A stretch of DNA of 64,000 bases from Rhodothermales bacterium (GCA_965248175.1 OZ252093.1:2782406-2846405); one strand, 5' to 3'; positions 9,161 through 18,323 are shown, numbered from the stretch's first letter. Notes: a model not told the origin generated them from the letters alone. A program made the numbers and translations.

Positions 9161-9873
9161 TATGGACAGCGGCGTCGCGGACTTCGCCCGTTGGTTTTGA
9201 TGAATACGAGAAAGTAAGAATGATTTTTCCTGGCGTGTTCCTGTCGAAGGATCCGACTGACGGCGGGTTTATTGGTGCGGACTAATACGAACAAGTCTTT
9301 TGCGTAGAACCCTATCGACTCGTATTCATTGATCAACTCGACATGTGTGAGATTTTGCAGATTGGCACTTACTTCATCTTGACACTTGACAATGAACACG
9401 CCAAAATCGCGCAGAACTCTAAACGCCTCGGCACCAGCCTTGAAATACAGGTCCAATACAGCCGCGTGATACTTCGGCACATTATCCTCGATGGTCTTTC
9501 CGTTCGAGTAGATTTCCCTAAATGCAGAATAACTGCCGCTGCCTGCTAAATGAGACTGCTTTTTGCGATACAGCCCCTCCATGTATGGGGGATCAAGTAC
9601 CACACAGTCGATTGAGCCGTCGTCGTAAGGCAAATCTCGGCAATCCACCCCCGTCTTTATATCGGTCGCAAGCAAGTTGTAATCGTCTGCGTTGACATTC
9701 TTCCAGAATATCCCCTTGCCGTAGGTTACGTCGGCAATCGTTGAACCAACAGGTACGTGCAAATCGAAGATTTTAGGAAACAGCGCATCGTTGCAGCCTA
9801 AATGTGCACTACATATAATATCGCTGGTAGCGATACCATCTGGAGATTTTCTTTGTACAGCCACACCCATCAT
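9160..9873 (-). CDS. DNA methyltransferase (N6-adenine or N4-cytosine, DPPY type), cargo of the IS
   Basis: 237 aa. Motif I-like '[12 protein letters not shown]' is followed by motif IV '[10 protein letters not shown]'. The start ATG overlaps the transposase stop (ATGA at 9873..9870). Confidence 0.8.
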   Translation of the reverse strand: MMGVAVQRKSPDGIATSDIICSAHLGCNDALFPKIFDLHVPVGSTIADVTYGKGIFWKNVNADDYNLLATDIKTGVDCRDLPYDDGSIDCVVLDPPYMEGLYRKKQSHLAGSGSYSAFREIYSNGKTIEDNVPKYHAAVLDLYFKAGAEAFRVLRDFGVFIVKCQDEVSANLQNLTHVELINEYESIGFYAKDLFVLVRTNKPAVSRILRQEHARKNHSYFLVFIKTNGRSPRRRCP

Positions 9874-10802
9874 GCAATCAGGTCAGCATACCGGAGGCGT
9901 TTCTGATCCATGCCCCGGACTATTGCCGACATTTGGTCAAGAGTATCAAGTCCGCGAATGTTGTGCCGACCGGAGAACTCGTTGATGTACCGATGGAGAT
10001 GCTTGACGCTCACGTGGTGGTAAACACCCGTGATTCCCCGTTTCAACGTCGCCCAAAAACTCTCGATACCGTTCGTGTGGACTCGTCCACGAACGTACTC
10101 GCTGGCACTGTGTTTGACCGTCTCGTGGGCGTAGAAGTGTTTCAAGCTCTTGTATGCCTTATGGTCATCCGTGAAGACCGTTTCGCCATGCTGGACGCTC
10201 TCATGCACGAAGCCAGCGAGAGTTTCACCCGGTTCATAGCCAAGTGGACGCGCCTTGATCTTGCCGCCTCGCTCCCTGGCTCCCATGACGGTAGCCTTAC
10301 CCACCGTTCCACGTCCGAACGACCGCTTGTGCGCGTGTTTATTCCGTTTCTTGCCACCCACATACGTTTCGTCTACCTCGACGGTACCGACGAAAAGAGG
10401 GGCGTTCTCCACGAAAGCCTCGCGGACACGCTGGATCAGGTGCCACGCGGCTTTCTGCGTGATACCCAATTCCCGGCTGATCTTCATACTCGACACGCCT
10501 TTCAGGTTGGTCGTTGCCATATAGGTAACGATTGCCCATGCCTGAAAGCCCAGTTTGCTCGACTCCATTACCGTGCCCTTCTTGACGGAGAAGTGCTTCC
10601 GGCAATCCTTGCAACGCAGTGGCATGGTCGGGTGGGTACTGCGAACGGCCCGCATGCAACCGCAGTGGGGGCAGACAGGACCATCAGGCCAGCGTTGCTT
10701 TTCAAACCAGCGTTCGGCTGTATCGTTGTCGGGAAACATACGAAGAAGTTGAACAATGGTCAAGCCGGTTCTTTCGGAACGTCCGGGTGCGCGTTGTGCC
10801 AT
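9870..10802 (-). CDS. IS1595-family transposase (N-terminal zinc ribbon plus DDE domain)
   Basis: 310 aa. Motifs are 'CPHCG...[22 protein letters not shown]', '[10 protein letters not shown]', '[10 protein letters not shown]' and '[14 protein letters not shown]'. It is homologous along its length to the second copy at 51962..52933. Confidence 0.9.
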   Translation of the reverse strand: MAQRAPGRSERTGLTIVQLLRMFPDNDTAERWFEKQRWPDGPVCPHCGCMRAVRSTHPTMPLRCKDCRKHFSVKKGTVMESSKLGFQAWAIVTYMATTNLKGVSSMKISRELGITQKAAWHLIQRVREAFVENAPLFVGTVEVDETYVGGKKRNKHAHKRSFGRGTVGKATVMGARERGGKIKARPLGYEPGETLAGFVHESVQHGETVFTDDHKAYKSLKHFYAHETVKHSASEYVRGRVHTNGIESFWATLKRGITGVYHHVSVKHLHRYINEFSGRHNIRGLDTLDQMSAIVRGMDQKRLRYADLIA

Positions 10803-10874
10803 TTTCTTGCCTGGTTGCTTTCTGATTACGGTTACTATAATACCACATAATAATCAAAAAGTCAAGTGAATAAT

Positions 10875-10897
10875 GGTTACTTTCGTATATAATTCCC
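10875..10897. repeat. Terminal inverted repeat (right) of the IS1595-family transposon
   Basis: GGTTACTTTCGTATATAATTCCC is the exact reverse complement of 8323..8345. Confidence 0.9.
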
Positions 10898-10905
10898 ATT
10901 GTATA
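10898..10905. repeat. Target-site duplication (right copy)
   Basis: ATTGTATA lies immediately outside the right IR. Confidence 0.9.
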
Positions 10906-10968
10906 TACCACATTCGCTTCGATGTCGAAGAGCTGAGAGATTGGATAGTTATTTACGGATTTAATCAT
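10898..10968 (-). pseudogene. Detached 5' fragment (start codon plus 23 codons) of the GmrSD-like gene
   Basis: ATG 10968..10966 reads 'MIKSVNNYPISQLFDIEANVVYT' and runs straight into the IS right end. It joins in frame to '...IPRYQREYTW' at 8314 once the IS and one TSD copy are removed (71 + 1714 nt = 1785 = 3 x 595). Confidence 0.85.
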
Positions 10969-11169
10969 ATAACACCTCAAGAGTGATATTTCTATAGTTT
11001 GCGACGGAATGCTTCTTTTTTCCCTGCCATGATGTCGATGAAATCGGTGTTCCACTAACCATCGAAAATGGGCGTATCCGCTAAAACTGTGTAAGCGAAC
11101 ATACCTAATATCTGAAGCGACCCCCATATCCTGCAAGACACCTCATTTAGGCAGGGTATCAAGCTCCCC

Positions 11170-11715
11170 CTACTCCACCTCCACTATCACCTCGATCTCC
11201 ACGGCGATGTTGTCCGGCAGCGAGCCCATGCCAATGGCCGATCGCGCATGGCGGCCTCTGTCGCCGAAGACCTCAACCATCAGGTCCGAAAAACCATTGA
11301 TGACCGCAGGATGGGCTCCGAATTCCGGGGAAGCGTTCACCATGCCCAATGCCTTGACGATGCGCCGGACGCGGCTCAGATCGCCCAGTTCGTCCTTCAT
11401 CGTGGAAATTAACTGGATTCCCACCAGACGGGCCGCCTCGTACCCTTCCTCGACGGACAAATCCGCACCGACCTTGCCGATCACCAGCGTCCCGTCAGGA
11501 CGCAACGGCCCTTTCCCGGACAGGTACAGCAGGTCCCCCGTTCGCACGGCGTTGACGTAATTGGCGACGGGCGAGGACGCCTTGCGCAGCGTAATGCCCA
11601 GTTCGGCGAGGCGCGCCTCCGGGTTGTAGCCCTGATCCTGCGCAGAAGAGGTTGTGGCGGAAAACGCCAGCACGAAGGGAACGATCATGGCAAATACCCT
11701 GTGTTTGGTCGGCAT
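11170..11715 (-). CDS. RidA/YjgF family protein with signal peptide
   Basis: 181 aa. The YjgF-like core is 'LLYLSGKGPLRPDGTLV...ARSAIGMGSLPDNIAVEIEVIVEV'. There is an N-terminal hydrophobic leader. Confidence 0.75.
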   Translation of the reverse strand: MPTKHRVFAMIVPFVLAFSATTSSAQDQGYNPEARLAELGITLRKASSPVANYVNAVRTGDLLYLSGKGPLRPDGTLVIGKVGADLSVEEGYEAARLVGIQLISTMKDELGDLSRVRRIVKALGMVNASPEFGAHPAVINGFSDLMVEVFGDRGRHARSAIGMGSLPDNIAVEIEVIVEVE

Positions 11716-11801
11716 GGATTTTTGAGTGTGTGCGCTATTCGGGAAGGGCGAACGCCAAGGGCTGTCGCCTGCAGCGGCGCGCCATGAACCGGCGAATAAG
11801 C

Positions 11802-13004
11802 CTACCCCTGCATCGCCTCCGCTTTATCGTCCAACTCGTCGAGCGTAAAGCGGACGCTGACGATATAGGGTTCCTGGCCTTCGTCCCAGTGACCGTAGGT
11901 CGTTAAGACGAAAACGCCGTCCGGAAGAACCTCCACACCGGGATAGGCGGTATCCCAGAGGTGTTTGTTGTCCATAAGGCGCACGCGGTACTGGCCTTCG
12001 CGCCCCTCGACAAGATCCTCGTAGGTACCTACCCAGCCGACCCAGTCGCCCTGTGTCGGAGTCTCGTGCGCTGTATCGCGGAAGGAGATAAAGAGGCGGC
12101 CATCGGGAGCATGCCTGGCCGTGTGCCGGTCTCCGGTGAGCGCGCCGGGCATTTCACGCGGTGCACTCCAGGTCTCGCCTTCATCGTCGGAAAAAATGAT
12201 GAACGAATTGAAGGTGCGGCTGTTCTCGCGCAGCAACACAGCCATCTGGTTCCCGTCGGGTGAACGAACGAGGCCGGGCTCGCACAAATGCGCCGTCGGA
12301 TGCGTAGCGATGACCTCCGGCGCGGACCACGTCAGGCCGCCGTCGCGAGAGAGCGTTTTGTAGACGTGGAAAACGCGCGAATCCTGCTGCTGATCCTCCG
12401 GGCCAATGAAACGCCCATCATCGTGAAAAAGCGCCATGTAATCCCCATTTTTCAGCCGCTCGACTGATCCCATTGCGACGATGCCGCCAAAGTCGCCTAT
12501 GGGTTCAAGCTCACTCCAGGCGAGGCCGTCGTCTTCGGAAACAGCCATACGGATTGGATGGAGACCCGAGAACAAGATCAGCCGCTTGACGCCGGTCGGA
12601 TCGACGACACGATGGATCGTAGGGACCTCGCGGGAAGTGGCCCAGCTATCGGGCACTGGCAGGCGATCGCTCCAGGTAAGGCCGCCGTCGGTGCTCCGTT
12701 TCATTACGATAGCGCCGCCGCCATGTCCTTGCGGGTAGACCGCGGTGATGGTCTGGCCATCTTCAAGCAGGACCGTTGTCGGGTGGCCGAGGTATTGCCC
12801 TTCTTGCTTGTCGACCACCACTTGCCGATGCGTCTCGTCGGCCAGATCGATCAGCGGGATCGTAAACCCGCGACGGACGGCTGCCCCTTCGGCGGGGGCG
12901 GTTATATCTTCGCCTTGCTGCGTACAGGAAAACAGGCCCAATAACAGAATAAAGGCTACAAGAAATGGCTGGCGATGGCTATGCATAGGCAGAACCTTCT
13001 TCAT
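11802..13004 (-). CDS. BNR-repeat sialidase-like glycosidase (lipoprotein)
   Basis: Four Asp-box repeats (STDGGLTW, SEDDGLAW, SRDGGLTW, SDDEGETW). Lipobox-like 'LLGLFSC'. Confidence 0.75.
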   Translation of the reverse strand: MKKVLPMHSHRQPFLVAFILLLGLFSCTQQGEDITAPAEGAAVRRGFTIPLIDLADETHRQVVVDKQEGQYLGHPTTVLLEDGQTITAVYPQGHGGGAIVMKRSTDGGLTWSDRLPVPDSWATSREVPTIHRVVDPTGVKRLILFSGLHPIRMAVSEDDGLAWSELEPIGDFGGIVAMGSVERLKNGDYMALFHDDGRFIGPEDQQQDSRVFHVYKTLSRDGGLTWSAPEVIATHPTAHLCEPGLVRSPDGNQMAVLLRENSRTFNSFIIFSDDEGETWSAPREMPGALTGDRHTARHAPDGRLFISFRDTAHETPTQGDWVGWVGTYEDLVEGREGQYRVRLMDNKHLWDTAYPGVEVLPDGVFVLTTYGHWDEGQEPYIVSVRFTLDELDDKAEAMQG

Positions 13005-14181
13005 CGGAAAAAGAATGCGCTTGCCCGGCGGCGTATTGCATCACGCCGTAGGTCCCGTTGGCCCGCCATTGCGGATGTTCGACCTCCAGTTCGGCGGCCC
13101 GCTCCAGCGAGACTTCCACCAGCGTATCGCTCTTGAGCGTGCGCAGGAGCGCCAGCGGCGCAGGAAAAGGACCCAGCGCTTCGCTCATGCTCGTTTCGAG
13201 CGGCCAGATGGCGTCGTTCGTCGCCCGGCGGTAGTTGGCGTCGCCCTTGCTGATCGCCAGCGTCGCCCCTTCGAGGACATGCTCGATATGGGGCGGCAAT
13301 TCCCAAAACCGCCCGTCCGTGTTCCAGAAATAATCCGCCTCCATGCGAAGACGACCCTCCTGCATGTATCCAGAAAGGCGGGTGGAAAGACCGGCGGCAG
13401 CCCCTCCCCGGGCAGTCATGGCCCGCAGCATGTCGTGAAGGTCTACGGGGATCACGTCGCTCACCAGTACGGGCAGCATCTTCACATGCAGCACGATCTC
13501 CGTGGCCAACCCCTCCGCAAGGAGCAGATCGGTCCACGCCAGATCCATGGCCTCTTCGGTCCCCGCATTGTCCATAATGATATGCCCGGAACCCGGAGGG
13601 CGTCCCAGCAATCCCGCCACGATCTCTTCCGAGCGGTCCGTCAGGAGGTGTTCGTCGGTCGCATACACGCCCTGCGCGGCCACGGTCATGATGCTCAGGT
13701 CGATGCGATTGCCCCACAACATGGCCTTCAGCATACGCGCAAGGCGCTCCGGAAGCGGGCCCTCGAAAGCCAGCACCTCCCCCAGCGTAGCCCACAACGC
13801 CTCGGAAGCCAATTCTTCCTGCTTGAAGGGCGCAAACGGATCCCTGCCCGATTCAAGAAACCCGGACGCCTCGACCATGAGGCGGTACACAAGCATTTCC
13901 GCAAACAGCCACTCCGTGCCCAGCCAGGTCTCCCCTTCATGCGGCACATACCGCGGCAGCCACAATGCATAATCGGGAGCCGGCGCCTCGAAAAGGCGTA
14001 GCGGCGCATTCCCGGCCACCTTGTCCCGGAGCCGTTTCAGCGCGTCCGCCGTGGTATCCGCGTACGCATTCCGGGCGATCGTGTCGTCGATGATCGAGGG
14101 CACCCGCACCCCCATGGAGCGATGCGCAAACGCATTGCTCGTATCGGTCCGCACCGGAGGCGGCAAATGGTCTCGTTGCAT
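12979..14181 (-). CDS. DUF89/ARMT1-family damage-control phosphatase
   Basis: 'IIMDNAGTEE' and 'KGDANYRR' motifs. I prefer the start at ATG 14181 (MQRDHLPPP), which removes the overlap with the symporter. Confidence 0.7.
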   Translation of the reverse strand: MQRDHLPPPVRTDTSNAFAHRSMGVRVPSIIDDTIARNAYADTTADALKRLRDKVAGNAPLRLFEAPAPDYALWLPRYVPHEGETWLGTEWLFAEMLVYRLMVEASGFLESGRDPFAPFKQEELASEALWATLGEVLAFEGPLPERLARMLKAMLWGNRIDLSIMTVAAQGVYATDEHLLTDRSEEIVAGLLGRPPGSGHIIMDNAGTEEAMDLAWTDLLLAEGLATEIVLHVKMLPVLVSDVIPVDLHDMLRAMTARGGAAAGLSTRLSGYMQEGRLRMEADYFWNTDGRFWELPPHIEHVLEGATLAISKGDANYRRATNDAIWPLETSMSEALGPFPAPLALLRTLKSDTLVEVSLERAAELEVEHPQWRANGTYGVMQYAAGQAHSFSDEEGSAYA

Positions 14182-14194
14182 GACGCGCCCGTAT

Positions 14195-15868
14195 TTACAG
14201 CCAGAAGCTGAAATACAGGTAGATGCAGAGCACCAATCCCAGTACCAGCACCGTACCCGCCACATCGAGCCAGCCCCAGGAAGAACGGGATTCGAGCTGT
14301 TCCTCAGCAGTGAGCGTTCCCCAGGTAAGGCCCTTCAGCTTGCCCAGCGCATCGGCGTTCTTCGCATAGGACAGCGTAATGACGAGGACGACACTGATGA
14401 GAAAGAGCACACCGGAGAAATAATACCCGTTGAAGGCGCCGATCCCGCCCAGAATGCCCGTCGGCTCCATTACGCCGCTCTGGACCAGCGTCTGGAGCGT
14501 AAGTTTCAGCATCCCCAGCACGAACCCGACGACCATCCCCCAGAACGCCCCGTGTCCGTTGATGCGCTTGCAGAAAATGCCCAGCAGGAACACGGCGGTA
14601 ATGGGCGGCGCCAGAAAACTCTGCACGTTCTGCAGGTAATCGTAGAGTCCCTCGTTGTTTTCCGAAATCACCTTCATGATCGGAATCCACAAGATGCCGA
14701 AAGCCACCACCACGCCGGTGGCGATCCGCCCGACCCGAATGAGCCGCGCCTCGGACGCACCCGGGCGCAGCTTCTCGTAGATATCGACGGTGAAGAGCGT
14801 AGCGCACGAGTTGAACAGGGACGCCAGCGAACTCATGAGCGCCGACAGCAAGCCGCCCACCACAAGCCCCCGCAGCCCCATCGGAAGCAGTTCCGCCACC
14901 ATGGTGGGAAACACCATATCGCCCATGACATTGCCCTCGGCGGACATCGGGATGGCAAGCAAACCCTTTTGGTGGAGCGCATACCCGATCATGCCCGGCA
15001 CGAGAAAGATGAACACGGGCCACACCTTCAGAAATCCCCCGAAAATGGCCCCGCGGCGCGCATCCGTCAGCGACCGGGCCGCAAGGGTGCGCTGGATGAT
15101 ATACTGATCGGTACACCAGTACCATATCCCGACAATGGGCGAGGCGATCATCACCGCCAGCCAGGGGAAATTCGGATCGGAATTGGGTCGCCAGAGCGCA
15201 AATTGTTTGGCGTTTTCGCCCACGATGGCCCGCAGCTCGTTCCATCCCCCGAGTTCGGACAACCCGAACATCGTGATAAACGCCGACCCCATGAGCAGAA
15301 GCACCGTTTGCAGCACTTCCGTGTATACAACGGCGCGCAGACCGCCGAAGATGGTGTAGACCCCCGTCAGCACCACCGTGACGAAGGCGCCGACCCAGAA
15401 TGCATTGTCCGGCGTGCCGAATGTGTCGGGCAGGAGCGTGCGGAATACGAGGGCGCCTGCGTAGACCGTGACGGACACCTTCGTAAACACATAGGCGACA
15501 AGGGAAACGATCGAAAGTACCCAGCGGGACCGGGCGTCGAACCGGCGTTCGAGGAATTCCGGCATGGTGAAAACGCCGGAGCGGTAGTAGAACGACACGA
15601 ACACCCAGGCCAGCAGGATCATGATCCAGGCATGCAACTCCCAGTGCGCCTGCGCCATCCCGTTCAGGGCGCCGCTTCCCGCAAGGCCCACAATATGTTC
15701 GGAGCCGATGTTCGAGGCGAATAGCGACGTGCCCACCACGACCCAACCGACATTGCGCCCGGCAAGGAAGTAATCTTTGGTGGTCTTTGTCTGGCGTGCG
15801 GACCACCACACGATCCAGACAACCACCATGAAGTAGGCAAATACGATAATCCAGTCAATGGGGGCCAT
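14195..15868 (-). CDS. Sodium:solute symporter family (SSF/SGLT-like) transporter
   Basis: Multi-pass membrane protein with 'DYFLAGRNVGWVVVGTSLFASNIGSEHIVGLAG'. The likely start is MAPIDWIIV at 15868. Confidence 0.85.
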   Translation of the reverse strand: MAPIDWIIVFAYFMVVVWIVWWSARQTKTTKDYFLAGRNVGWVVVGTSLFASNIGSEHIVGLAGSGALNGMAQAHWELHAWIMILLAWVFVSFYYRSGVFTMPEFLERRFDARSRWVLSIVSLVAYVFTKVSVTVYAGALVFRTLLPDTFGTPDNAFWVGAFVTVVLTGVYTIFGGLRAVVYTEVLQTVLLLMGSAFITMFGLSELGGWNELRAIVGENAKQFALWRPNSDPNFPWLAVMIASPIVGIWYWCTDQYIIQRTLAARSLTDARRGAIFGGFLKVWPVFIFLVPGMIGYALHQKGLLAIPMSAEGNVMGDMVFPTMVAELLPMGLRGLVVGGLLSALMSSLASLFNSCATLFTVDIYEKLRPGASEARLIRVGRIATGVVVAFGILWIPIMKVISENNEGLYDYLQNVQSFLAPPITAVFLLGIFCKRINGHGAFWGMVVGFVLGMLKLTLQTLVQSGVMEPTGILGGIGAFNGYYFSGVLFLISVVLVITLSYAKNADALGKLKGLTWGTLTAEEQLESRSSWGWLDVAGTVLVLGLVLCIYLYFSFWL

Positions 15869-15885
15869 GGTTTCGCGTCGATCTC

Positions 15886-17315
15886 TTATGCGTGATGATA
15901 CACTTCCCAATCCATGTACTTACCGAGCGCTTCGCGGACGGCTCCAGCCACGCGCGCGCGCGTGGCTGCCACATGGTGTTCAAATCCGGATTCGCACATA
16001 TACCGGAGCAATTCCTGCATGTTCGCCACCTCGAACACCCCGTACCCCCCGAAGGTTCGGAGTGTGTCCGACGTGAAGACGCCCTCTCCCACATAGGCGC
16101 GCATGCGGCCTTCCAGGTCGTCCGTGGTAATGCGGGCGAACGTGAACGCCCCGGGAGCGATCCGCCCCACAATGGTGCCGTACGTATTCTCCTTGCCGAC
16201 CACTCCGGCGATGATTTCCTGAAAATCCATGCGGTGCGCGTCCGACCCCTCGTCCACAAAGAAGGATTTGGGCAGGTTCGAGCAGTGGAATACGACCCCC
16301 TTGTTCGGATCGTCCCCGTAGTCATTGTTCCAGTCGAGGAGCGCTGCGGGCACGCGGGCCGCCTCCTGCAGCACATACATGCTCAGCGCCCCGACGATAT
16401 CCGCCTCGCAGGCGCTCGCCATGAGCCGGTCGCTCATCATGCTCATCGCCGTACAGGGCACCACCCCGTAGAACTCTTCCAGCGAGGTCCAGCACTGGAT
16501 AGCCGTCGCCGCAAGACCCTGGTCTTCCATGAACCGGTCGATGCACACACCCAGCTTCGCCATCTTCAACAGGCTCTCCCGGGGAATGCCGTCTATCCGC
16601 GTATAGGCGCGCATCGCCTCGATCTTGTCGGTGACGGGGACCTCGTCGTCGTCGAGGCGGCGGATCCATCCGAGCAGTTCGGACAGGTCGAGCGTTTCAA
16701 CGGAAATGCCAGCCTGTTCCAGCAGTTTTTCGCTGTAGCGCACCGTGTTGAATGCAGCGGGGCGAGCGCCGATCTGGCCCAGGCGCAGGTTCTTCAGCGA
16801 GCGCACGACGCGGCAGGTGGCCGCAAAGCGGCGCAGGTCCTCCGCAAACGCCTCGCTTGCGGGATCCATCGTATGCCGGCTGGTGAGCGAGAACGGGATA
16901 CCGTACTGACGCAGGTTGTTACAAGCCGATATCTTGCCGCAAAAACTGTCCCGGCGGCTCGTCAGCGACATGTCGGACTTCGAATCCGCAAAGGCATGCA
17001 TAAGGACAGGGCCCCGAGATCGGCCCAGCGCAGTACGTTCGCCACGGCCCGCTCGTCCCCGAAATTGGGCAGCGTGACAAGCACCCCGTTGATGTCGTCG
17101 CGGCGCGCACGAAACAGATCGGCGCACAGGCGCGCTTCTGCAAGCGTTTCCACCGCGCCGTTGTTCGTGGCCTCTTCGGGCGTGATCACGATGTGGATCC
17201 CCTCCTTCTCCAGCAAGGCTACAATCTGCCGGCGCCCGGTGGCGCACAGATGATCCGGAAAAAAGCCCCGGTTGCCGACGATAACGCCAAGCGTCACCGG
17301 ATTATCGTTCGTCAT
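15886..17315 (-). pseudogene. L-fucose/L-arabinose isomerase family protein, interrupted by a frameshift
   Basis: The N-terminal part (ORF 16962..17315, 'TLGVIVGNRGFFPDHL...NVLRWADLG') and the C-terminal part (frame of 15886..17247, 'PVLMHAFADSKSDMSLTSRRDSFCGKI...') are contiguous in sequence but lie in different frames. The switch falls at the GGGGCCC run at 17009..17015. Confidence 0.7.
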
Positions 17316-17459
17316 ATGCTCCCGTTCTTCGTATTTTCGATGCGGTGTCCGATGCGCACATATCCTGCGCCTGCCCCCCGAAGCAGGATCGTTTCCGCGA
17401 TCCCGCTACGTTCGCCCGCATAGAATAAACGACACGCACGGCAATCTTTCGTAACGATT

Positions 17460-18323
17460 ATGCAACATTCCTTATATGACCTTACGGGGCGCGTGGCCGT
17501 CGTCACAGGCGGATCGGGAGCGCTGGGATCAGCCTGCTGCCGGGGACTAGCCGAAGCGGGCGCCTCGGTGGTGATCCTGGCGCGCAACAAAAAGCGGGTC
17601 GAGGATGCGGCCCGGACGCTGGAAGAAGCCGGAGCGACGGCGGCGGCGGGCATCCCCGCGGACGTGCTGAAGAAAGATCAGCTTACGGCTGCCCGCGATC
17701 TCATCGTCGAACGCTTCGGACGGGTGGATATTCTCGTGAATGCCGCCGGGGGCAACATCAAGTCCGCTACGCTCAAGCCCGGAGATAGCATTTTCGACAT
17801 GCCGGAGACCGCTTTCCGGCAAGTGTTTGACCTCAACCTGATCGGAACCGTGCTGCCCACGCAGGTTTTCGGAGAGGTGATGGGAGTGGCCGAAAACAAA
17901 AACGACGCAACGGAAGAAGAAACGGATATCCCGTGCGCCGGCTCCATCGTCAACGTCTCCTCCATGGCGGCAGCCCGTGCGCTCACCCGGGTCGTGGGCT
18001 ATTCCGCAGCCAAGGCTTCCGTCGAGAATTTCACCCGGTGGATGGCCGTGGAGCTTGCCCGGATGTTCGGCGATGGACTCCGCGTGAATGCCATCGCGCC
18101 GGGTTTCTTCATTGGAGAACAGAACCGGGGCCTGCTCCTGAACGAAGACGGCTCGCTGACCGAGCGCGGCAGGCAAATCATCGACCATACGCCCATGGGG
18201 CGCTTCGGCGAGGTGAACGAACTCGCAGGAACGCTCGTCTGGCTGTGCAGCGATGCCTCACGGTTCGTGACCGGCGTGGTCGTGCCCGTGGACGGGGGAT
18301 TCGGCGCGTTCAGCGGGGTGTAG
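17460..18323 (+). CDS. SDR-family oxidoreductase
   Basis: 'VVTGGSGALG' Rossmann motif and 'YSAAKAS' catalytic Y-x3-K. Confidence 0.85.
   Translation: MQHSLYDLTGRVAVVTGGSGALGSACCRGLAEAGASVVILARNKKRVEDAARTLEEAGATAAAGIPADVLKKDQLTAARDLIVERFGRVDILVNAAGGNIKSATLKPGDSIFDMPETAFRQVFDLNLIGTVLPTQVFGEVMGVAENKNDATEEETDIPCAGSIVNVSSMAAARALTRVVGYSAAKASVENFTRWMAVELARMFGDGLRVNAIAPGFFIGEQNRGLLLNEDGSLTERGRQIIDHTPMGRFGEVNELAGTLVWLCSDASRFVTGVVVPVDGGFGAFSGV

Larger units (their letters stand above)
8323..10897 (-). mobile_element. IS1595-family transposon (2,575 bp) carrying a type II R-M operon and a small basic ORF as cargo
   Basis: It has perfect 23-bp terminal inverted repeats flanked by an 8-bp direct duplication. 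It contains an IS1595-type transposase followed by three same-strand ORFs with overlapping stop and start codons. Confidence 0.9.

Noticed and set aside
9933-10850. A 305-aa plus-strand ORF across the IS1595 transposase region.
   Set aside because: It is antisense to a transposase with intact Zn-ribbon and DDE motifs, and it has no motifs of its own.
10969-11160. The AT-rich stretch at the island edge, examined for a tRNA fragment or att-type repeat.
   Set aside because: I saw no tRNA-like T-arm or acceptor sequence and no repeat of this segment elsewhere in the window. It is interpreted only as the native upstream region of the split type IV gene.
12745-17253. Very long plus-strand ORFs (12745..14001, 418 aa; 14021..15724, 567 aa; 15892..17253, 453 aa) antisense to the DUF89, symporter and isomerase genes.
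   Set aside because: These are Arg/Pro/Gly/His-rich low-complexity translations with no motifs. They are typical stop-poor shadow frames of high-GC genes, and the opposite strand encodes recognisable proteins.
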